Source of the DNA: Calcarisporiella thermophila CBS 279.70
Taxonomy: Eukaryota; Fungi; Calcarisporiellomycota
Assembly (NCBI RefSeq): GCF_041956535.1
Contig: NW_027192196.1
Coordinates: 861,823 to 925,822 of the forward strand
DNA: 64,000 nucleotides
Direction of reading: 5' to 3'
The notes beneath the pieces were generated by a model, which was given only the letters and a program-made list of their open reading frames with translations, made no database searches and had not been told where the DNA came from. Made by a program: the position numbers and the translations under genes. Each line of letters opens with the position of its first letter. Position 1 is the first letter of the stretch. Shown here piece by piece: positions 1 through 10,901 of this stretch.

Positions 1-1102
1 ACACCTATGCTCTGGTTCAACTCTCATGAGCGCAAATAGTGAGACGCTATCAGTTGCTACACTGAAAAATGAGTTTTTGGAGTATATCTTTCCTCTTAAG
101 ATTCATTTTTGAGGTCAGAGCTCTTCCTGTTGTACCTCCGGCAAAGGTATAGGGGCTATGCTACATTTTTTTATAGCTGATCGATAAAGCAGGCTACCCA
201 TGCTTTAATGAGAGGATTTCTTAGCTGCTCTCTCGGATCATTATGTCTTTTTCAATCCTTTCTAGTTGATTCAGTCTCTTGAACAGTTTGTATAGAGAAG
301 GAAGAATACACTTCAGGATAAGCTAAACAAGCATGCGTTGTCAAGGTGCTGCAAGGACACTTTCCTTTATTCTCCATTTATTGGGAAAGGTTTCGATAGC
401 GCTTTTCCTCGGGGGCCCAACCATTGCTGGAGTCTGGATGCGTCATTCCACCACATCATTCCACTATACTAGTCATCCGCTGGTCGCCAAAGAAAAAACA
501 AAAGGTGGTCATGAGTAAAAACAATTAGTAATATGAACGGGGTAGGGCTATTTTGTTTTCATTCTATAGAGGAGAGGATGGAATTGTTTTCTGGTAGCCA
601 GCCCAATCTATCTTATCAACATGCAAGTTGCATCTCTGCCACGCCAATCTGGTGACGGAAAACAAATTAAAGGCAAACCGCAATTCAGAACTCTCCTCAA
701 ATTATCTACCGATGACGTGCATTTCAGCTAGAGGAAATTCTTAAATCGGCTGCATTCAGAAGCTCACGTCAATGTGTTACAGTTTGAACTTTATGTATTT
801 CTGCAACTTAAGGATCCCGCCCGAGAATCTTCATTTGCCGCTAATAGGAAACAGCTTAAAGGGCTCTATTGACCACTTGGTCTCAAAACAATCCCTCTTG
901 TCCTTTCTTCATCAGATTAAACAGCGTCGTAAATGGTGCAAAGGCGTGTATGATGGAAAGCCTGATATAGTTGAGGGGCTGTTGTAGAAGCGGTGGCTTG
1001 TTTTTTGCATGAATTATCCTCCAAAATATAAGATGATCTAGGGGTTAAAACGTTTTCCCTTGCTTTTCCTCCATCTTTCTTAATGATTAAAGAGCTGTGC
1101 CC

Positions 1103-2102
1103 ATGGAATCACAGCCGCTATTTAATATCCTAGAGAATGTTTTTGGTACCATTGGGACTATATTCTGGTCCTTTCAGCTGCTTCCACAGATATGGAAAAA
1201 CTGGAAGAATAAGTCTTCCAAGGGACTATCGGTAGGGACTCTTTTGCATTTCCACATTCGGTCCTGCTTTTCCAACCTGTTCACTGCTTCCTTGAAACAG
1301 GTCATGATGATGATCCTCTGGTCGCTTTCTGGTGTCTTCTTTGGTGCATATGCAATTCTACTCGATCTCTCCATCCCACTCATCGTGCAACCACAAGTGT
1401 TTGGTTTTTTGGGCATGATATGCGTGATTCAACACTACTACTATGACTGTGGATTGTCCAGAGCTAGAAGCGTTTCGCTTCTTGTAGGCTGTATGGCCGG
1501 TTTTGGAGTAGTGGAGTATGGGTTTGTACGGTTAGCGTGGCTCGCCGTTGGGAACGGGGCCCATTGGATGCTGGATGTTGTGGGTTCGATTTCCGTATCG
1601 CTGCTTACTCTGGGATTTTTGCCACAGTATATTGACATCTATCGTAAATAGCAGACGATGAGTGTAGAGTGAGTCTGGGCTATATCGCTAACCTTCTGTT
1701 TTATAGGCGAGAAAAGGGTATACGGGATTTCCCTCGGGTTCCTGGCGGTCGATATCTCGGGGGCTGCGTTTTCAATTGTGAGCCTTGGCAAGTACACTTT
1801 TCTTGGGCTCCTCATTCTTCGTGATGGGAAGCTATCTGTAAATAAAGGGCAACGTTTCCTAGTAAGTTCTTGTTTTCATAGGGTTTCGTCCTCCGCCATT
1901 TGATGTGTTGGCGGCCTTCAACTACATCTCCGTGTTGGTTCTGGACCTAGGCATTGTTCTTTTCTATTTCGTCACCAATTACTGGTATAAGAGGTCAATG
2001 CTGAGGCGAAAGTCGAATACGCCCGAAGAGGGCGGAGAGGAGAATCAAGTGGATTGCACGGAAAACGTCAATGGGGCGAACAAGGTTGAGTTCGGGGCAT
2101 GA
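1103..2102 (+). CDS. PQ-loop repeat membrane protein (Ypq/PQLC-like transporter), 4 exons
   Basis: Two PQ-loop motifs (FQLLPQIWKNWKNKSSKGLS; GFLPQYIDIY...VYGISLGFL) and several TM helices. Introns at ~1232-1300, 1644-1706 and 1788-1881 (GC-AG). Confidence 0.88.
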
Positions 2103-2490
2103 CGTGACCCCAATCATACTAATGGGGACCGGCTTGGATTGGTCTCGGTTAGAGTTCAGAGTTCAATTACTCTCGAAATAAACAAACACAAGATACCCAA
2201 CATTGAAGAGACACCCTGTTCTTTTGTATTCTTTGTTTATTAGATGTAGAGAAATCAAGCAAATAACGAGAAAAATTTAACAAGACAAAAAAAGAGGAAA
2301 TATTTGTCATTACATACACGAGAAAATGTGTTGGGAACAAAAGAATAAAATGAGGAGTAAACAAGAGGAACAATTAAACAAATGAAGATTTGTAGAATAT
2401 ACGAGATAATATGGAGCAAAATAGTAGTCAGCGGTAGAATAGTTTTTGTTAACGAGGAGAAAGAAAACAATAGGTAGAATGAAGAAAGTT

Positions 2491-3590
2491 TTAAGAGCTA
2501 GATGAGGTGCTAGACCCAGAATGGCTCACCGTTTGTCTAAGAAAGATCTCTTCGACAATATCGGTCGGAGAACGCTCGCACGAGCTCTTTAGGAAGAGGG
2601 CAGGGTCGATGGCTTCGCGCACTGCAAATGTTTCGACCAATGTGGGTGAAGAGTAAGAACGATGCAGAGTGTTAGTGGTGGTGGAACCAATGCTATTACG
2701 ATGGCTGGGGGCTAGAGGAGATAGGGGTGGTTAATGGGTAGGCAGCGACTGGGGCAGGTGGGAGTGCTTGTTACCTTTTAACGATTTACTGTCGGATTCT
2801 TTGCGCGAATCTGTTACCAAAGAATGTATTCCTGTGAATATCTGCGACCGCTTCAGAGAGGGGCTTGTCGATAGTGGGGAGGGGGGGAGTAAACAGATAG
2901 ATTAGATTAGTCATACCGGCGAAAATTGGCCAGCTTTATGCTTACACAACATAGGAAGCGTCGCCCTCAATCTGGCGCAGAGAGATCCCAAGCTGGCAAT
3001 GACACAGATGGGTGAGTGAATGAGTGCCAACGTGTTAATACAATAAATAAAAATACCTTGAGTGTAGAATTGAATTTGCTCTCCTGCAAAAGGTATCGGC
3101 GCATTTCTCCTCCCCCATTAACATATTCAGATAAATTCAAAATAACCACCCCAACATTGGTGGCTTCACGCCCATTAATGGATTCCTATGTTAAAACATT
3201 TTGAGGACACAGTCAAGAGCGAGGGCTGGCCAGCAAAACATCTACCTGCTTTATGTACAAGCGCAGCTCGCATGGTTGGAGAATATTGTCCTTTCCCACT
3301 ATGAGCTGAACGCTAGTTTGGAATTTTTGTCCCCATCTTACGCAGTGGTTCCGTAATGGCGCTCTGGACACACATTGTTTTCAGTGAAAAAAAAAAAGCC
3401 AATTCCACCGAATCCACAAAATTTACCTCTGTGTTTCGCCCTGCGACTGCGCAGCAGATCCTTTGAGTCGCCAGCGGACTGAATAATGCCCGCTCACCAA
3501 CGGAACGTTTGCCAGCTCGTGCACTACGAGAGTCAGCTCGAAGACGGGCTTTTTCCTCTTGCTAATGAAGAAGTGGATCCACGCCGTCAT
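2491..3590 (-). CDS. NT-type C2 domain protein (EEIG1/EHBP1 N-terminal C2; YBL086C-like), 6 exons
   Basis: Manual splicing gives MTAWIHFFISKRKKPVFELTLVVHELANVPLVSGHYSVRWRL...APLRNHCVRW...LQPCELRLYIKQ/ESINGREATNVGVVILNLSEYV...RRYLLQESKFNSTLK/LGISLRQ...TDIVEEIF...SSSS*. GT-AG introns keep the frame, and the motifs match fungal NT-C2 proteins. Confidence 0.85.
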
Positions 3591-4081
3591 CGCGGTAAGA
3601 GAGGGGAGGATTTAGGGGGCGGAGATAAATGGTGAAAGAGGCAGGAGGAAAAAACCTTTTAATTAAAGTTGCCCTCATCGAGTAGTGGCAAAATGACAAG
3701 CCACAGGGGATGGGGACAAGGATTTTTCGTAGTTTTGTTGGGGTTGGCCTAAGAGATTAATTTCTGCAGGTGACAAGTAATCCTGGAAGATTAAATTGGG
3801 TGCCGCTGCTGCGAAGAGGAAGGCGGGGGGCCGAGCTTGCAGTTTCTGCACCCGATCACGCCCTCGGTGCTTGTTTGGGCCGGCTGCTTTTCCTCTCCGG
3901 GTGGATTGTCTCCCCCGCTCGAGACACATTCGCGTCTAAGTGACGGTCTTTCAAAAGGGCCTACAGCTCCGCACTCGCGCCTCACTCCAACCCATTGACA
4001 TCATTAGGCGATGACGCAACTAGGGTCAACTAAGCACGTGGTCTACCCCTATAACTCCCAGAAAAATTTCCACGTATTCTC

Positions 4082-6654
4082 ATGAGATTACCCGTGCGTC
4101 CTTTTCTTCTTTCCCATTCCCTTCTCGGCCGTGGAATCAACCACCGACGAACTCCCCGACAGGTCACACTGCTTCCTACCACACCGTACTTTATCCACCA
4201 TCTAAATAATCTCACTCCAAACTCGAAAATGGCTGAAGCAAAAGAAATTAAGCCCGTCGATACCACGAGACGCGTTCAGGCTCTACGCGAGCAAATGAAC
4301 AAACCAGAGCACAATGTCCAAGCCTAGTGAGTAGACCTTAATCTATTTTAGCTGCTTCCATAAAGTTTGGATTGACACGGGATGCTATCTATAGTGTGAT
4401 TCCCTCCGAAGATGCCCATCAAGTAATGCCGCAATTTTTTTCCACGCTGAGGATTCTCGAGAAATACTTATTTTGTCTTACCATTTTTGCCACTAGAGCG
4501 AGTATTCCGCCGAATGCGACAGGCGGCGTGCATTTATTTCCGGCTTCACTGGCTCTGCTGGTGAGGATATATACTAGAATGCTCAGTTTTGCAGCGAAAT
4601 TGATAGCTGAATTTTCCGCCACTTCAACAGGCACTGCCGTGGTCACCACCGATCAGGCTGCTCTTTTCACCGACGGCCGTTATCATCTCCAGGCTTCGAT
4701 GGAGCTTGATGGGAACTGGACCCTCATGAAGTCCGGCCTGCCGGAGGTGCCAACATGGCAAGAGTGGCTTGCTAAGCTTCCCTCAGGCTCTCGCATTGGT
4801 GTCGACCCTACCCTAATTACCGCTGTGGATGCGCATCAGCTTGAGAAAACCCTTTCTGATGCCGGCTCAACCATTGTCCCTATTGCAGAAAATCTGGTCG
4901 ACATTGCTTGGGGAGCCGAGAGGCCCTCACGCCCACTCGACCCGCTCACCATACTCCCGCTGAAATATACCGGCAAGTCCCATGCAGACAAGATCAAGGA
5001 TCTCAGGGAGGAGCTAGAGAAGAAAGAAGCACACGGATTTGTAGTATCGGGGCTGGATGAAATTGCATGTAAGCTTTGCGTTTACAAAATCCCTTTTTTT
5101 TACCTCCGGGCAAATTTTTACAGATTTATCTGATTCGGCATTATGAATCGTTTGCCTCTCCAGGGCTGTTGAATGTTCGTGGGTCAGACGTGCAGTACAA
5201 CCCGGTGTTTTACGCCTATGCTCTCGTTACCCGAGACGATGTTATCCTCTACATCGACTCTGCCAAGGTTCCTACTGACGTGAAGCAGCATTTGGGCAAC
5301 GAGGTAACTCTGAAGCCATACGGTGCTATTTTTGAAGATCTGAAAGCCACGTCTGCACAACTTAATGAAGGAAAATCGGTAATACTCATGATCATTGTCA
5401 GCCATTTCGAAACTGAACCGCTAAATCCGTTCTTGATATTTCCGCAGAAACTCCTGTTGTCTGATCGCGCTAGCTGGGCCTTGGAAGATGCAATTGGCAA
5501 AGTGCGTTTTTTTTTATATTGCTTCTGATAAACTTTTCCCCAAACAATGCCGATTTAATCCTTTCATTTTTGCATTAGGATAATGCTAAGCTTATCCGCT
5601 CACCCATCACTGATATGAAAGCGGTCAAAAATAAGGTTGAGTTGGAGGGTATGCGCCAGTGTCATCTTCGCGATGCTGCTGCTCTGGTAAATGTTCCTTT
5701 TCAACGGGGAATTGTGATAGGATTGTTAACCGTGCTTGGTATTTTTGTTTAGTGCAACTTCTTCGCGTGGATCGAGGAGGAGCTCAATGCTGGAAAGAGA
5801 ATCACCGAGTACGAAGCTGCAGAGCGTCTCGAGAAATTCCGTGCGGAGCAGGCTGATTTTGTAGGGCCGAGTTTTGAGACCATCTCCTCAACCGGGCCAA
5901 ATGGTGCCATCATCCACTACAGCCCCAAGCCCGGAACCTGTGATGTAATTCAGCGTGATCAGGTGTATCTTTTGGACTCCGGAGGCCAGTACAAGTAAAT
6001 ATCGCATAATTTCGTCTCTTCGGCTCGCACTAATCGTTCTGGATAATATTGATGATTAGGGATGGTACCACGGATGTGACCCGTACGTATCATTTCGCAC
6101 AGCCGACTTCTGCTGAGCGCGACTCGTTCACTCGCGTCTTGCAAGGACACATTGCCATCGATACCGCCATTTTCCCTCAGGGCACCTCGGGCTATCGCCT
6201 TGATATACTAGCGCGTGCTCCCCTGTGGCGAGATGGGCTTGACTACCGCCACGGCACCGGCCATGGCGTCGGGAGTTTCCTTAATGTGCATGAAGGGCCC
6301 ATGGGAATTGGAACCCGTATCGCGTACAACGATGTTCCTCTGGAACCGGGTCATGTGCTCAGCAATGAGCCCGGCTACTATGAGGACGGCAAGTATGGTA
6401 TTCGAATCGAGAGCATCGTGTTTGTGAAGGAGGTGGAGACGCGTGGCCAGTTTGGTGGGAAGCCGTATCTCGGCTTCGAACATGTGACCCTTGTTCCCAT
6501 TCAAACCAAGATGATCAACGTCGACTTGTTAACTCCGTTTGAGCGGGAGTGGGTGAATGCCTACCATCAAGATTGCCGCGAGAAGGTCTCGCGTTTGCTT
6601 AAGCCGGGCTCCCCGGGTCTCGCTTGGTTGGAGCGCGAGACACAAAAGATTTAA
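4082..6654 (+). CDS. Xaa-Pro aminopeptidase P (M24B; Fra1/XPNPEP1-like), multi-exon; alternative ATG at 4229
   Basis: [67 protein letters not shown]. Confidence 0.95.
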
Positions 6655-6813
6655 ACCAAGCTCTTACTTCTTGGACTTTATAATTTCTTGTGATGTGTGT
6701 TTTTTTTTACTGTTGAATATTTAAGTAAACTAAGGAGTACACCATTTCTTAATGATTCAGTGCGTGGAACTAATTCACAAACGGATGGATACATACAACA
6801 ACATTAGCACATA

Positions 6814-8353
6814 TCATTTCTGGAAATAAGCGGTAATTTTGGAGGATCCCGTCTTTTTCTGGGCCTTCGACTTGAGGTCAATCTTGGCGGGCGAGGGTGG
6901 CGTTTTTAAAGCGGTAGCATCTTCTTCCTTGGACGGCATCAGCTTCGGCTCCTTGCTCCGCTTGTCTAGCTCAATGTTGCCGTCCTGCTCGAGGGATCTT
7001 TTTACCCCAACGCTGTCTTCGGTCTCTTTTTCGTCCTTCTCTTCAACCTTGACTTTGACCTTGACCTCCTCTTCTTTAGGGGTGGACGCTTTGGTGGACT
7101 TGTCTGGTTTGCCAAAAAAGTTTGCAATTGATTTTGAACTGCTCAAGGGCTGGATAAAAGCTGGGGAGTTGTTGCGCACGTTTCCGACCTCTTTCGTGAC
7201 CGGATAGCTAAATAAAAAGACGTCAAGCAAGGATTCTCCTACCCTGCAACCAGTACTCAGGTTACCATTCCAATTCCCCCTCATAGGGTCGTAGCACACT
7301 GGCCAACTCAGGCGACCAAGGTTCGTTTGGATCCAACCACTTGAAAAGGGCCTCGGAGCCATTCTCTAAGATAACGGGCATACGGTCGTGCAGAAAAGAG
7401 AGAAACTCCGACGAGTTTGTGGTGATGATGGTGTAGGTGAAAAGCGACTTGTCTTTAAGATCTGTGCGTTGGTAACAAATTCAGTATTGGAAAGAGGCGA
7501 GGAAGGGGAGACATTTATAGGAACCTTCAGGATGCGCCTCATCATAGAGACCTGCTAATAGCATGACCTTCTGGTCGGCTCGACGGGTATAATGGGGGAC
7601 TTTGCTCTCCTTTGGAGTTTTCGGTTTTAGCCATTCATAAAATCTTTGACATTGGAAATAGGCAACCATATCAACTACAAACGAAAAGTGCTGGGCAAAA
7701 TTCTTGCTTTACCCTTGGGCCACAATTACGCATCGCTTCTTACTTTTGAGTGAGTTGAACATTGGCTTGCCAGAAGTTAAAGAGTCATCACGGGCGTTAA
7801 TGGTTTTCAAAGTGGTCTATATTGGTACGAATAGAGAAGAAGTCAGCTATCTTTCTCGTACTGCTGAGGAAAAATGAAAGTGGGACCTGATAATCTGGCA
7901 TTTTTTTGCTCCAGCTGGGAACGAGCCCCCACCGCTGTGATATTAAGTATAGATAAATCGATGAATGTCGACGACAGTTTTGGAATAATAAGTTGCATTA
8001 CCATGGAATGTATCACATAATTCCCTTCTGTTTTACGAACGACGGGCTGATAATGCGTCGGCGCCACATTATAACTGGAAAAAAGAATTATGATCACAAT
8101 TAATCAAGCAAACAAGGAGGCTTGGAAATAGAGGATCAATGGTCATATTCTCTTACGAGGGACGATAGAGCTCCTGATTAACCCAATTTTGAGTCTCTAG
8201 TCTCGCGTCGGCTACCTGGTGGTGAACCTCTTCGGGAGTCTAATGGAATAGAAAGTTATCCCCTGATCCTCAAGATTCAGGAAAGAATGCCTGCAGAAAC
8301 AAGCAAAATGTTTGAGGCTATATTACGTAGGCACAAACCGTTCGGCCGCACAT
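6814..8353 (-). CDS. HMCES: SRAP-domain abasic-site processing protein (HMCES/YedK family)
   Basis: Spliced N-terminus MCGRTVCAY/TPEEVH carries the catalytic Cys2. Also YNVAP, RWGLVPSW, INARDD, KKRCVIVAQG/FYEW, LAGLYD, YTIITT, LHDRMPVIL, YPVTKEVGNVRNNSP, and a C-terminal PIP-like KITAYF. Confidence 0.93.
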
Positions 8354-8660
8354 TATGCACTCATTGGAGGGATGAGACGAGAACAAGGTCGAGATTTTGG
8401 AATGACAAAAAGTGAGAGAGCCAGTGGCCAAAAATTAAACAAAGCAGTCCCGAATCTGCGCGATTCATTAATGTGTCGCGTTAAATTCTTTGCACATATT
8501 TGTTCCATAAACGCGTACTTGATACAAAATAATTCTATTCCATATTCCTACCCTATAGTAAACGACGAAAGACGTGGTGAAATTATGCAAAGAATAACGA
8601 CTCTTCGTCAAGGTATATTCCTTTCCATGAAATTGGGTTCAAGGGATTTTTACGCGTTTT
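8354..8660. promoter_or_regulatory. Bidirectional HMCES/GCNA promoter (plus first GCNA intron) with MCB-like boxes
   Basis: About 231 bp separate the divergent ATGs. ACGCGA on the minus strand at 8476-8481, ACGCGT at 8511-8516, and ACGCGT at 8652-8657 in intron 1. Confidence 0.55.
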
Positions 8661-10600
8661 CACCTTGTTTCCTTTTCAACGATAACTAATTACAATATTT
8701 TGTAGAGCGCGTCTCCATTAAAGCCACTATATCCAAGGAATCCGATGACCTCCCCGATCTGGATGCCCTTCTCCAACGTCTAAACCTAAATGAGCCTCCT
8801 TCCAAAGATACCGAGTCCTCTAAACCAGCCAAAATCCATAGCGAGAATAAAGTCGCTCGTAGAGAGGAAGACTCAAGAGATCCATATGAGCCCAACAGAC
8901 AGCAGGCATTCACACCAAGTGGACGCTCTGTTCGTATCAGGAGGCATAGGCTTATTATTGAGAGCGACTCGGAGGATGAAAACGAAAATGACGAGAACAC
9001 TACTGAATTGGACGGTAGGTAGAGATGAATATAGTACTCAATTCTTCAACTATATCCAAATTGATATCGCCTTTTTATTCAAAAAAGCACAACCAAAATT
9101 GTCTCTGACGGAACGGTTGTTAAATGAAAAACCCCAGGGCAAAGACACCGATGATAGCCCCGAGTCCACTGACGGTGCTGGATTCTTGGTGTTGTAAGTA
9201 CAAGTGACCACGAATTATTTTACTAGGAAGCATGTTATATTAATAGAAATTCTCCCCGCAGCGACGACGGCCTCTCGAAGAATGTGTTCTCGCTCTCACC
9301 TACTGAAAAGTCCTCCAATTCTCCAAAAGCTTCCCCATCCACCCCCTCTACCGATGACGACAGTGACGATCCCTTCACTGTCCCGGATAAGTCACCCGTG
9401 GCTCGAACCCCCCGCACTCCCTTTCGAGATATTCAATCCAAGCTTCTGGTTACTCCTTCCAAGACCCCGGCTGCCAAAAGGGCTTTCCGAAATAAACGAG
9501 AGCAAATGGCTCGGGATTTTTTCAGAGAGTTGAATGAAGAAGTGTTTTCGGACAAATTGCCCGAGGATCTAGAGATAGGCTGGAGCGCTGGGCTAAATAC
9601 CACAGCCGGAAGGGCTTTCCTTAAGAGGTGCATTCATAAACCTACAATTAGGCCCCCAAAGAAATTGAACTTAAGTTCAACATGAATAGGGAGTACAAGA
9701 GAGATTCGTGGAAGCATTCGGCGAGAATAGAGTTGAGCTCCAAAGTGGTCGACGATGAGGGTAAGAGCTCTTTAGCTAGCCACACCCTACCGGACAATAA
9801 TAACGCAAAGATTTTCTCAGCCAAGCTTAGGACGACTCTGGCCCACGAGTTATGCCATGTGGCAGCGTGGATCGTGAATGGCGTTAGCAAGCCGCCGCAC
9901 GGTCCTGTGTTCAAATATTGGTATGGGGGGAGGGGCAAACGTTTATCTAACCAGCTTATCTCGAACCCCAAAACTAATCCATCTTGATTTCTTTACATTC
10001 AGGGCAACACGAGTTATGACCGCATACCCAAATTTAGAAATCAACACTTGCCATAATTACGACATTGATTATAAGTATCGGTGGGAGTGCGTGAGCTGTG
10101 GCAAGATATATGGAAGACACTCCAAATCAATCGATACCAGCATGCACGGGTGTGGGGTCTGTCACGGGTATGGAAAGAGAAAGAAAAAAAAGCCATTTTC
10201 TTTCACATTCGTTTTCATATGAGAATAACGAGCCATTGTGATATTCAGGAAATTGCGATTCATGGAGCGCCTGAAGAAGGACGGCACCCCCTACAAGGCG
10301 CGGCAGCCCAACGCTTTCCAGCAGTACATGAAGGACCACCTGCGCCGCATCAAGCAAGAAAATCCCGGCAAAACGCATGCGGAGGTGATGCGCCTGCTCT
10401 CCGAAGAGTATCGCACATCGAGCGCCAACAACCCGAGGTCGCGAGCGGCCATGACGCCGAACCCGAGCAGAAAGGGCTCAGCGCTTGCGGCCGGAATGAC
10501 CCCTTTTGCAGACCGGATCGTCACAGGGCGGCTGGAGAGAGAGGGTGGAGAGCATGCAGAGGATTCGCTGGTGAGGGCGGTTGGGGAGTTAAAGATTTAA
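8585..10600 (+). CDS. GCNA: GCNA/ACRC-like protein: acidic IDR + SprT metalloprotease + Zn ribbon + HMG-box-like domain
   Basis: Acidic low-complexity N-terminus, then WSAGLNTTAGRA, RIELSSKVVDD, LRTTLAHELCHVAAW (HExxH), PHGPVFKYW, CHNYDIDYKYRWECVSC...GRHSKSID...CGVC, and PNAFQQYMKDHLRRIKQENPGKTHAEVMRLLS. The exact start codon is uncertain. Confidence 0.85.
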
Positions 10601-10901
10601 AAGCATGTGGCACTATTCCCAATTCTAATCTCTAATACCGAAACCCATTTTTCACACTATCGGGATATCTTTCCCTGGAGAGGAGTGAAAAACTATCGCC
10701 CGACTTATATAATTCAAAATCAAAGTCGAATTTATCAAATCATGCCCCTAAAATCACGTGGCAAAGCCTACTCCTGGTTTTATTTTGTAACCAACAATCT
10801 GCTTAACTCGCTCAAACTTCCTCCTGGCTCTTTTCCATACTCCTAGCTCCACGAAACACTAGAAGTCAATAAATACACCTCTAATCTCCTTTTCATTCCC
10901 T

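Noticed and set aside
850-1000. Minus-strand peptide APFTTLFNLMKKGQEGLF* faintly like the Ty3/gypsy RT-RNaseH linker
   Set aside because: Too short and degenerate, with no other pol motifs or LTRs. It cannot be supported without a search.
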